A DNA stretch of 64,000 nucleotides, from IMG/VR virus record IMGVR_UViG_3300031963_000072, positions 1 to 64,000 of that record; one strand, 5' to 3'. The stretch is from a virus. A program made the position numbers and the translations under genes. Positions within the stretch are counted from its first letter, which is position 1; the number at the start of each line of letters is the position of its first letter. Shown in pieces: positions 1 through 7,209 of this stretch. The notes under the pieces were generated by a model that was not told the origin of the DNA, did no database searches, and saw nothing but the letters and a program-made list of their open reading frames with translations.

Positions 1-400
1 CCTTATCGGTAACGGAGTTATCCTTAAACACAAGAGTTCCATCACGATAGAAATCCTTCAATTCACACTCCTCAATCACCTGGATTGGAAACATTTCATC
101 TGGTGGAAGATTAGGAAACTTCAAATCACTCATCTGGTTTCGAAACAGATTTAGGATACGAATAACCTCACGATAAGAAGAACCACGTGCAACTACGAGA
201 TGTTGGATGTTCGGATTATTCCTGTAAGATTCCAGAACTTTGAGAACTAAACTTATGGTTCTTCCAGTATTTCGTAACCCACCACACTCCATCAAACCAT
301 CCCGTACATTCTCGTTATACCTACGTGTGGAGTACACATCAGGATCCTCGAGGGGAACGAGGGTATTGTTATTGTAGATTTTTAGATTTTGTTCTTTCAT
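1..400 (-). CDS. hypothetical protein, truncated by the window edge
   Basis: My translation from ATG 400 (MKEQNLKIYNNNTLVPLEDPD...FKDNSVTDK) is open to position 1. Not in the ORF track because it has no stop. Promoter-like sequence directly upstream. Confidence 0.7.
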   Translation of the reverse strand, partial: MKEQNLKIYNNNTLVPLEDPDVYSTRRYNENVRDGLMECGGLRNTGRTISLVLKVLESYRNNPNIQHLVVARGSSYREVIRILNLFRNQMSDLKFPNLPPDEMFPIQVIEECELKDFYRDGTLVFKDNSVTDK

Positions 401-406
401 ACTATC

Positions 407-434
407 ATCCTATCACTCCCATGGGAACTTTACA
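407..434 (-). promoter_or_regulatory. sigma70-like early promoter (TGTAAA ... TAGGAT)
   Basis: Minus strand gtgtaaagttcccatgggagtgaTAGGATgatagtATG; same layout recurs before several other genes. Confidence 0.5.
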
Positions 435-675
435 CACCTCTCGCGAACTGATCACATAACCACCCGATCTCACCCCGAGGGGAGAGAACCCGGTACCACA
501 ATGTACTGTTCAATCCCTCCACACACGTATCCAACACGAGGAGGAGATCCGAGTTCCAAACGTATTCACCCGTTCCCCACAGGGTGTGATCGTTCCTCAC
601 GGTGGGATCCCGAAAATCATGGGGAAACAATCTCACCCCATCAATCGTGGAAGTACACAGATCACCGATCCTCAT
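430..675 (-). CDS. small SH3/KOW-like protein (GDL family)
   Basis: MRIGDLC start, C-terminal YRVLSPRGEIGW; ATGA overlap with upstream gene. Confidence 0.75.
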   Translation of the reverse strand: MRIGDLCTSTIDGVRLFPHDFRDPTVRNDHTLWGTGEYVWNSDLLLVLDTCVEGLNSTLWYRVLSPRGEIGWLCDQFARGV

Positions 676-965
676 TCCACACCTCCGGGTTCAACGTGTT
701 CCGTATACTCATCACTCACCCACACGATCCCGAGGGAGGGAGAAAGAACTTTCAAATTCCACTCACCCCTCTTCCAGTTGGTTCCCTCGTAGGAGAACCC
801 GTACGCATGGAGGAATACGAGGAGATCTCCCACCTCCACCCGTTGTGAGGATCCACCACCCTCGAGGGAATCATTCCACACAAGATGGGATCGAGTTACA
901 CGTATCAGTTCACCAGAGGAATACCTCCAATCGTTCCGGATGGGATACTCGTGTTCGTACCTCAC
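672..965 (-). CDS. small SH3/KOW-like protein (GDL family)
   Basis: SGELIRV, VGDLLVF and KVLSPSLGIVWV motifs; GTGA overlap. Confidence 0.7.
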   Translation of the reverse strand: MRYEHEYPIRNDWRYSSGELIRVTRSHLVWNDSLEGGGSSQRVEVGDLLVFLHAYGFSYEGTNWKRGEWNLKVLSPSLGIVWVSDEYTEHVEPGGVE

Positions 966-1126
966 GAGATCACCACGAAGTTGAACCCCAACCAGGTTTC
1001 CACCCTCCCGAGGGAGGTGAGGATCCGGTATCTTCCGGGAAACTCCTCCACAACCACCTCGAGAATGATACCTGTGAGGTGGTTGTGTTTCACGGTGGTG
1101 AACCGAACCATATCACCGGGTTTCAC
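962..1126 (-). CDS. small SH3/KOW-like protein (GDL family)
   Basis: Start moved to GTG 1126 (MKPGDMV...GIILE...YRILTSLGRVETW), which overlaps the upstream TGA. Confidence 0.75.
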   Translation of the reverse strand: MKPGDMVRFTTVKHNHLTGIILEVVVEEFPGRYRILTSLGRVETWLGFNFVVIS

Positions 1127-1323
1127 GAGAGAATCTCCCAATCTCGTTCCCATCCCGCGTATTCCCAGGTTACCTCATCCACCTTACCATCCTCCCACAG
1201 GATCCGGATCCAAGAAACATTGGGAGAGGATGAGGGGTGGTGTTCGAGGAGAGTTCCAATCCAGGTTCTGTTCTCTGGATTCCATTTGTGTGGATGGTAC
1301 GCGAGGAGGGTTCCGAGTTTCAC
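1123..1323 (-). CDS. small SH3/KOW-like protein (GDL family)
   Basis: Start moved to GTG 1323 (MKLGTLL...IGTLLE...IRILWEDG), coupled to the upstream stop. Confidence 0.7.
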   Translation of the reverse strand: MKLGTLLAYHPHKWNPENRTWIGTLLEHHPSSSPNVSWIRILWEDGKVDEVTWEYAGWERDWEILS

Positions 1324-1556
1324 GAGATCACCTGGAAGTGGTGCACCATCTCCGATTCCGTGAGGAGTAACCGGATCACCCTCCCGCCCTCTGTGGGAAC
1401 GGAGAGGTAGATCTCGTTGTACCACCGCGTGAGTGCGTGATCCTCCCGTGTGAACCCGATCACCATCCCAATGAAACTCTCCGGGAACGCGAGGCACGAT
1501 AAGTACGAGGTGGCGGGAACACCGGGTGCGAGGGTGATGAGATCGCCGAGTTTCAT
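1320..1556 (-). CDS. small SH3/KOW-like protein (GDL family)
   Basis: MKLGDLI, IGMVIG; ATGA overlap. Confidence 0.75.
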   Translation of the reverse strand: MKLGDLITLAPGVPATSYLSCLAFPESFIGMVIGFTREDHALTRWYNEIYLSVPTEGGRVIRLLLTESEMVHHFQVIS

Positions 1557-1732
1557 GAGATCACCTCGAGGAACTCACCCGTGAAAATGAGATCCTCACC
1601 TGTATCGGAACGAAACCCGAAGTAATCGTAACCCCACACGCACTTCTTGCGGGAGAGCACCTGAACCAACCACCTCTTCTTCGGTGATACCCGGCCCCAA
1701 GCGAGGAAACAATCAGGTTCCCAACCTTCCAT
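1553..1732 (-). CDS. hypothetical protein (59 aa, not in ORF track)
   Basis: My translation: MEGWEPDCFLAWGRVSPKKRWLVQVLSRKKCVWGYDYFGFRSDTGEDLIFTGEFLEVIS*. Stop overlaps the next ATG; TAGGAT lies 6 nt upstream of the start. Confidence 0.65.
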   Translation of the reverse strand: MEGWEPDCFLAWGRVSPKKRWLVQVLSRKKCVWGYDYFGFRSDTGEDLIFTGEFLEVIS

Positions 1733-1764
1733 GGTGCCATCCTACTATGGTGGGAGTGAACTTT

Positions 1765-2049
1765 TCACGCGAGTTCGTACCATTTCTCGATGTAATCCGC
1801 GCGATTCCAGTTGAAATCAGGTGCGCGAGCACCACGGGTTCCTCCATCACACCACATGATGTGGAAACACCGGATCCCGAGTGATTCATCCCGCCCCGTT
1901 CGGAGAATATCAGGAGGTAAACGAGGATCACCGTGTAGCATTACCGCCTCATCGAGTATGAACCCAGTGTAGTTGTGTTCATCCGGATCGAGATCGCCCT
2001 CCCAGGTTTCTCGCAGGTACACGATGAGATCACCTGGAGAGAAACTCAT
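1765..2049 (-). CDS. small SH3/KOW-like protein (GDL family)
   Basis: Start moved to ATG 2049 (MSFSPGDLIVY...TGFILDE...FHIMWCDG). Confidence 0.7.
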   Translation of the reverse strand: MSFSPGDLIVYLRETWEGDLDPDEHNYTGFILDEAVMLHGDPRLPPDILRTGRDESLGIRCFHIMWCDGGTRGARAPDFNWNRADYIEKWYELA

Positions 2050-2210
2050 GCGTGAACCAACCATTCGTGGTGGCACTCGTAGATCTCCCCGTGGCAGGTG
2101 AGTAAACGTGCCTGCCTCCCGAACACGGGATCCGCGAACTCCCCCAGGTAGATCGAGAGGATGTTCTCCCGTCCAAACCCACGTGATAACACAAGATCAC
2201 CAGGTTTCAT
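2046..2210 (-). CDS. small SH3/KOW-like protein (54 aa, not in ORF track)
   Basis: My translation: MKPGDLVLSRGFGRENILSIYLGEFADPVFGRQARLLTCHGEIYECHHEWLVHA*; ATGA overlap downstream. Confidence 0.7.
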   Translation of the reverse strand: MKPGDLVLSRGFGRENILSIYLGEFADPVFGRQARLLTCHGEIYECHHEWLVHA

Positions 2211-2415
2211 ACACAATCTCGTAGAACTGATGGATCATACTGATGGGAACGAGATCGATCGTGAGGTGATCGCTCCAGAAGATCTTCGCATCAGGTTCCT
2301 CACCCCTCGGATCTGGAACGATCTCGAGGATGATGCCCACGAAGTTGTAGGTTTGTGGATCCTCCCCGGGTTTCCTCCGAGCTCGAGCGTAGGTGATCAC
2401 ATCACCCGGTTTCAC
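2197..2415 (-). CDS. small SH3/KOW-like protein (GDL family)
   Basis: GTG start, KPGDVI...VGIILE...KIFWSD. Confidence 0.7.
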   Translation of the reverse strand: MKPGDVITYARARRKPGEDPQTYNFVGIILEIVPDPRGEEPDAKIFWSDHLTIDLVPISMIHQFYEIVYETW

Positions 2416-2746
2416 CCTTATCCTCCTCATCCGCTCCGAACATGTTAAGGAGAGGATCGCTCAGGTGTTCCTTCGTGATGGGAAATCCCTTGAAATCTCG
2501 GGATGCCCAATCCATCCACACGATGAACCACCGGGTGATCTCCTCATCAGGCCCGATGATCAACCAGCCTGCGAACCACTCATCGCTTCTCCATCGCCAG
2601 AAATCGATCGCCTGTGCCGTGGTGAAGGCGATTCCAAAAGTATCATGGATCACACGTTTGATGCGTGCAACATCTTCCACCGAGTGGTATTCGCTCTCTC
2701 GATATGCCTCGAATGAGCGGTTCACTTCTTCTTGAGTGTACTTCAT
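2402..2746 (-). CDS. hypothetical phage protein
   Basis: 114 aa with WxWxS..xAGW motif; promoter-like TGTAAA...TATGAT upstream. Confidence 0.7.
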   Translation of the reverse strand: MKYTQEEVNRSFEAYRESEYHSVEDVARIKRVIHDTFGIAFTTAQAIDFWRWRSDEWFAGWLIIGPDEEITRWFIVWMDWASRDFKGFPITKEHLSDPLLNMFGADEEDKGETG

Positions 2747-2756
2747 AGTGATTCCA

Positions 2757-3011
2757 TCATAATACGTGGTGAGAGATTTTTACATCCGGTTGATGTAGGA
2801 ACGCATCCTCAATCCACCCAATGTTTCCGGTGGGTGTGAGGATCCTGCTCCAGCCCACGGATTCATCGAGAACGAGAGAAAGTTCACCCACGTGAATCAC
2901 ACCGGATACGTCGAGGGAGTAGAGACGGGAGTAGAGAGGCAACTCCCTGCGTTCCTCCTCCGCAATAGTATCATAGATCTCACGGAACACAACGAGGGCA
3001 CCGGGTTTCAT
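2757..3011 (-). CDS. small SH3/KOW-like protein (GDL family)
   Basis: MKPGALVV ... WSRILTPTGNIGWI. Confidence 0.75.
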   Translation of the reverse strand: MKPGALVVFREIYDTIAEEERRELPLYSRLYSLDVSGVIHVGELSLVLDESVGWSRILTPTGNIGWIEDAFLHQPDVKISHHVL

Positions 3012-3199
3012 CTTCGCAACCCGATGCGCTTGATCGTTCCAACTCTCGCAGATCTCACTCCCGAGCGGGAGAAGAGAACACGGAACACGCCTTCATTCCA
3101 CGAACCGCCCAATATGATGCCTACATCATTGATGGTGGTGCCACGATCGGAATCATCATAATCATAGGAGTACCACGCAACGAGATCACCCGGGTTCAT
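3008..3199 (-). CDS. small SH3/KOW-like protein (GDL family)
   Basis: MNPGDLVAW, VGIILG, FRVLFSRSG. Confidence 0.75.
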   Translation of the reverse strand: MNPGDLVAWYSYDYDDSDRGTTINDVGIILGGSWNEGVFRVLFSRSGVRSARVGTIKRIGLRR

Positions 3200-3693
3200 C
3201 GAGCAGGAACGAAGGCACCACCATCCCAGTACTTAGCGCAGTTCACGAAACCCGGATAGTTACAGTAGAGGAACCCCGCCTCCTCGGGAGATGGGATACG
3301 GGTGTTCGATTCACGAGCGGGAGTTGCACCTGCACCTGCCGGAGCGGAACTGTAGTACGGGAAGAACCTGCAGAAGGAATCGAGCCTCCTCGAGATATCC
3401 ACACAACACACGTGCTTCGTATCATCACAGGTTTCAACGAGTGAACATGCACGTGAGCAATCGTAGGTGTGAACAACACCGCAACCGAGATCTCGGGTGA
3501 AGGTACCACAAGATTTGGAGCACACCTCGCGTTCGTTGGCATCCCGTGGAGTGCATCCTGCCTGAGGAGCAGGTGTAACTGTGGCATCCGGGCGATCGTG
3601 GGAGGGAAGGGCCTCGCGGGAACGAGCGATGGATGTGCGAGGATCATCGCATGCGGCAAGAAGGATGAAGGATAGGGTGATGAAATTTCTCAT
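3196..3693 (-). CDS. cysteine-rich putative lipoprotein
   Basis: Signal peptide with lipobox LAA|C and a Cys-rich segment; SD-like AGAGGA upstream. Confidence 0.7.
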   Translation of the reverse strand: MRNFITLSFILLAACDDPRTSIARSREALPSHDRPDATVTPAPQAGCTPRDANEREVCSKSCGTFTRDLGCGVVHTYDCSRACSLVETCDDTKHVCCVDISRRLDSFCRFFPYYSSAPAGAGATPARESNTRIPSPEEAGFLYCNYPGFVNCAKYWDGGAFVPAR

Positions 3694-3709
3694 GTTTCCT
3701 CTGTGGTGT

Positions 3710-3949
3710 TCAATCTACACTAGCGGTATCGCACTGTACACGATTATTATATCGAGAAACCGCCCTCAATTCGTATCCCCACAATCTCGTGTAGCCTCGA
3801 ATCATCGGATCCCAACATTCCCACTCCTCATAACCGGGCATAGGAAATCGAACCCGCAATGCGAGGTAAAACCTCCCGCCCTTCTTCGCGGAGAATCCCA
3901 CATATTGTAGGAGATCCCCGGTGGTGAAAGCACCCACCTCCTCTCTCAC
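3710..3949 (-). CDS. small SH3/KOW-like protein
   Basis: FTTGDLLQY motif; coupled to the upstream gene. Confidence 0.6.
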   Translation of the reverse strand: MREEVGAFTTGDLLQYVGFSAKKGGRFYLALRVRFPMPGYEEWECWDPMIRGYTRLWGYELRAVSRYNNRVQCDTASVD

Positions 3950-4215
3950 GTGCGCACCACATCGAGATCATCTGCATTCACCCAGCCGATGAGATCGCCC
4001 ACGGAAACCTTCACCCCCGTTCCGTGGTAGAAGCGAGAGCGGGCCACGGGATCCTTCCCATCGATCACCTCCAGCACGAGTCCAACAGCATCATTTGGGA
4101 ACCGCCCGATCATGTGCGGAAGTTCTCCCTCGTGGGATTCCCAGGATTCGAAGATATCTCCACCAAAGTAGTGCGGGTGTATCACTCGAGCACGGACGAG
4201 ATCACCTGGTTTCAT
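3946..4215 (-). CDS. small SH3/KOW-like protein (GDL family)
   Basis: Start moved to ATG 4215 (MKPGDLV...VGLVLE...LIGWVNADDL). Confidence 0.75.
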   Translation of the reverse strand: MKPGDLVRARVIHPHYFGGDIFESWESHEGELPHMIGRFPNDAVGLVLEVIDGKDPVARSRFYHGTGVKVSVGDLIGWVNADDLDVVRT

Positions 4216-4466
4216 AGGGTCCACCAATATTCCTTCCTTGCCCATCCCGATTTTCCGTTGGGCATGAGCAGCCGAACGAAGTGATCTTGAACCTCAAGCA
4301 CTGTTGAGGTGGTTCCTGGTTGAATCCATAGAAGTGCAGCAACGAACCGCATCCGCTTCGCATCCTCGAGAGTATCGAAGAGACATGTGCGATCGATCTG
4401 CGTGAGAGTTGCGAGCTCCGGTGGCTCATCGCTCCTGCCCAGCTGCACGAGGCAACCTGGGCTCAC
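4212..4466 (-). CDS. small SH3-like protein (GDL family)
   Basis: SPGCLVQL ... VRLLMPNGKSGWA. Confidence 0.7.
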   Translation of the reverse strand: MSPGCLVQLGRSDEPPELATLTQIDRTCLFDTLEDAKRMRFVAALLWIQPGTTSTVLEVQDHFVRLLMPNGKSGWARKEYWWTL

Positions 4467-4470
4467 GGTA

Positions 4471-4824
4471 TTACCTCTCTTCGGGATCCTCGGGAAGCCT
4501 CCCTGCGTAGGTTGCGAGGAATCTTTTGAGTGTTTTCACGATGGAGCTGTAGCCTACAGTGGAGATGGCTCCACTCATAGTACCTGCGAGCATCGATCCC
4601 AACAACTCCTCTCCAAAGGCAGAGGGGGTGGGAACTCCAAACTTGTGGAGCGGTATTCCGAAGAGAGCGCCCGTAAGCATTGCGTGGAGGGGAAATGTGA
4701 TCCAGAAGATCCGTCTCCACCCTGTGGAGGCATCCCCCAGAGGCACGATCAGTTTCTTCGATACCTCTCCGCCCATGCCGATGAGAAAGGGCATCACGAA
4801 AATTGATACGATCCATTCGTTCAT
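4471..4824 (-). CDS. small multi-pass membrane protein (holin-like topology)
   Basis: Three hydrophobic segments and a charged C-terminus. Confidence 0.6.
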   Translation of the reverse strand: MNEWIVSIFVMPFLIGMGGEVSKKLIVPLGDASTGWRRIFWITFPLHAMLTGALFGIPLHKFGVPTPSAFGEELLGSMLAGTMSGAISTVGYSSIVKTLKRFLATYAGRLPEDPEER

Positions 4825-4833
4825 GATCCATAA

Positions 4834-5043
4834 CTATTCCCCAACCTCGCAGCCGTGCAGGAGAAATTGCGCAATCCAACCCCTCCGCCCATCTCCAACG
4901 AGCACCTCCACGTTGCCGCCCGTGGGATCCTCTCCCAACACGATGAGCATCGTGCCCGCAGGCAACTTATCCCACGGAAACATCGGAGAATCCTGGTACA
5001 GGTAGGCGGGAGATGCAAGCGCGAGGAGGGAACCTATCCTCAA
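4834..5043 (-). CDS. small SH3-like protein (GDL family)
   Basis: RIGSLL ... VEVLVGDGRRGWI. Confidence 0.7.
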   Translation of the reverse strand: MRIGSLLALASPAYLYQDSPMFPWDKLPAGTMLIVLGEDPTGGNVEVLVGDGRRGWIAQFLLHGCEVGE

Positions 5044-5255
5044 GGAGTGGCCTCCTCGAAGAGATCGAGAACATCATCGGCATCGTGGGTGGAAACGATG
5101 CCATCCGGGAAGAGCAACCGCATCCCGCCCCGCTCGTGATCCCAGCCCAGGTAGATGGGAGTGCGGGAGTGGGAGAGAACCTGGCCCTCGCGCCCGAGTT
5201 TCGGCACGAGGAGGGCACCGGTGGGAATTCGGGCGGGGAGCTTCCGCGTTCTCAT
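5040..5255 (-). CDS. small SH3/KOW-like protein
   Basis: PTGALLV ... MRLLFPDG; coupled overlaps. Confidence 0.6.
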   Translation of the reverse strand: MRTRKLPARIPTGALLVPKLGREGQVLSHSRTPIYLGWDHERGGMRLLFPDGIVSTHDADDVLDLFEEATP

Positions 5256-5518
5256 CCCATCCCCTTCACGGTGAGGCTGGTGGATGGTGCCACGGTGCCG
5301 ATGCTGATATCACCTCGAGAATCGATGCGAAACCGTTCAAATTTCGGGGTGATCGCCCAGAGAACGGTGAACGCACCCCTACCTGCCAAATTCGCAGAAT
5401 CGATGATGATCCCCGAGGAGTGGGCGGCAGAGGCGAGGTGGCGAACCTGCGAACCGATGGTGAGGGGGCCACCATCGAGGGATTCGAGCTCGTAATCGAG
5501 TGCGCGTGTGGTTCTCAT
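5252..5518 (-). CDS. small SH3/KOW-like protein
   Basis: TIGSQVRH, SGIIID, FTVLW. Confidence 0.6.
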   Translation of the reverse strand: MRTTRALDYELESLDGGPLTIGSQVRHLASAAHSSGIIIDSANLAGRGAFTVLWAITPKFERFRIDSRGDISIGTVAPSTSLTVKGMG

Positions 5519-5736
5519 TCTTCAAGTCCCGGAAAATCCTGAAGGGTGAGAGTTGGCATGTCGAGCGCCTTCATCATCCACATGAGATCCTGACGCAGTT
5601 CACGTGTACTCTCTCCGAAAGGCCTCGATGCATTCATCGTGTACATCTTCGGCTTGCCGTCTTCATCGTAGTACACCTCGTGGATCTCATAAGATTTCCC
5701 ACCATCGAGGCTCATCACTCTATAGTTCCAGGACAT
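5515..5736 (-). CDS. conserved phage hypothetical protein (WNYRV...IHEVYY)
   Basis: Start moved to MSWNYRV; motif recalled from common phage small proteins. Confidence 0.7.
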   Translation of the reverse strand: MSWNYRVMSLDGGKSYEIHEVYYDEDGKPKMYTMNASRPFGESTRELRQDLMWMMKALDMPTLTLQDFPGLEE

Positions 5737-6242
5737 TTTAGTTTCTCCAGCGTTGATTTGGCCCACAAGAGCTCGTGTTTCTTCCTAAACCTAAAAGAAA
5801 ATCCGCCTCTCTTGAAGAGGTCGGAGTCTTGAGGAACGGGTATTAATTCGCTAAGTTCAAACTTCTTGCTAAGAGAGTGTTCAACTTTAGTTATGAGAAC
5901 TGTGGTATCGTGATCAATATAAAAATCCCACCAGTCTTCGAATTTCTTTTCAGACTCTCTCAAGACCCGAAGCGTTCTTACGAATCTATCCAGTCTGTCT
6001 CCAACAACGCCATGAGCTCTTTGTATATTCGTATGACTCCCTCTAGCAGCTTCTTCAAGCGCAGAACGAGAAATGTGAGTCGGGCGCCAAGTATCTTCCA
6101 TTGTAAATCCTCCCACTACTTCCTCGAAAGCTCTTTGGACGCATATGGGAGGAATTATGCCGCCTTCGAGTAGATTTCGACAAGAAAGATAAAAGGTTTG
6201 AAGCGCTTCTTTTTCAGACGCAGAAGGTTCTCTAAGAGACAT
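5715..6242 (-). CDS. hypothetical protein, possible His-Me finger (HNH-like) nuclease
   Basis: RAHG ... VLITKVEH pattern; AT-richer than its neighbours; own promoter TGTAAT-17-TATGAT. Confidence 0.55.
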   Translation of the reverse strand: MSLREPSASEKEALQTFYLSCRNLLEGGIIPPICVQRAFEEVVGGFTMEDTWRPTHISRSALEEAARGSHTNIQRAHGVVGDRLDRFVRTLRVLRESEKKFEDWWDFYIDHDTTVLITKVEHSLSKKFELSELIPVPQDSDLFKRGGFSFRFRKKHELLWAKSTLEKLKCPGTIE

Positions 6243-6272
6243 GAGTATATCATATCATCGACTGCAAGAGGA

Positions 6273-6542
6273 TTACATCACGGGAAGTAAATCCCAATAA
6301 TCAGCCCATCCTACAGCATCGCCTGCGATTATTCTGCAACTCACACCTTCATGCACAGCGAGGATGAGGCCCAGAGTTCCTATTGGAACATATCCTGCAG
6401 GATCTTCTGACTTCAAAGCGAGGACAGGATCGGTCCACAGGTACACTCCCATTAATCTGGGAGAACCCTTCAGACATACTAATTGTCCGATTTTGTAAGA
6501 ATATTCTGTTCTATCATCCAGTCCCACGCTGCACCCATCCAC
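6273..6542 (-). CDS. small SH3-like protein (GDL family)
   Basis: YKIGQLV, GTLGLIL, VGWAD; start uncertain. Confidence 0.65.
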   Translation of the reverse strand: MDGCSVGLDDRTEYSYKIGQLVCLKGSPRLMGVYLWTDPVLALKSEDPAGYVPIGTLGLILAVHEGVSCRIIAGDAVGWADYWDLLPVM

Positions 6543-7177
6543 CTATTATATCCCATCCTCGTGGAGTGGATCCCATCTCCCCCTCGTGGCTTCTCGATCG
6601 CCTCAGATTCGAAGTAGTGAGTAGCATATTTCTTGATGAGTGCACGTTCATCAGCGATGTGTGGGATTCGTTTGGAGGAGATGTCTGGTGGGCCCAACCA
6701 GACGAGCACTGCGCCCGAATCTTCCACGATCTTCACGAACTCTCCGTAGAGAGTCTCGTACTTTTTGGAACGATCGTAGATGATCGCATCGTTGGTGCCG
6801 AGGGACACAACAACAAGCTCCGGTCGATTCCTCTCTAGGTCACTCTTGACCCATTTCATCCACTGGAAGATGGAAGTCCCACTCACCACATGGGACACGG
6901 GCATGTATCCGCCCTTCCGTGCGAGGGAGATGAACTGAGGTTCCATTCCCACCGCGAGTGAATCTCCAATGAGCATCACGGTGGCACCCGGGCTCACCGT
7001 TGGAAAGTACTGAGAACCACAATCGAACTCCCACTGCTCGTGTGGCACCTCTTGAGGTTTCACCTCTTCAGCCGCAGGAAGCGGCCTACTCACGCAAGAA
7101 ATTAACGCGATTGTTGTTAGGAATATTCCTGCTTTTGTCACGAAAGTAATATTATCACATAATTGATGGTTTTTCAA
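6479..7177 (-). CDS. SGNH/GDSL hydrolase, putative lipoprotein
   Basis: GDSL, GTND and DGIH blocks; hydrophobic N-terminus ending LISC. Confidence 0.85.
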   Translation of the reverse strand: MKNHQLCDNITFVTKAGIFLTTIALISCVSRPLPAAEEVKPQEVPHEQWEFDCGSQYFPTVSPGATVMLIGDSLAVGMEPQFISLARKGGYMPVSHVVSGTSIFQWMKWVKSDLERNRPELVVVSLGTNDAIIYDRSKKYETLYGEFVKIVEDSGAVLVWLGPPDISSKRIPHIADERALIKKYATHYFESEAIEKPRGGDGIHSTRMGYNRWMGAAWDWMIEQNILTKSDN

Positions 7178-7192
7178 TCAACTCTCCGCAAT

Positions 7193-7199
7193 ATAGTTA
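7193..7199 (+). promoter_or_regulatory. putative late-promoter motif ATANTTA (ATAGTTA)
   Basis: 10 nt upstream of the yeaH ATG; motif recurs before about 17 genes. Confidence 0.5.
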
Positions 7200-7209
7200 T
7201 GATTAACGC

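Noticed and set aside
960-4215. Integron attC cassette array
   Set aside because: Genes overlap with no intergenic attC-like hairpins, and there is no integrase in the window.
501-5832. Long plus-strand ORFs (for example 602-1363, 885-1370, 5013-5495)
   Set aside because: Antisense shadows of the coupled minus-strand mini-genes; no recognisable motifs.
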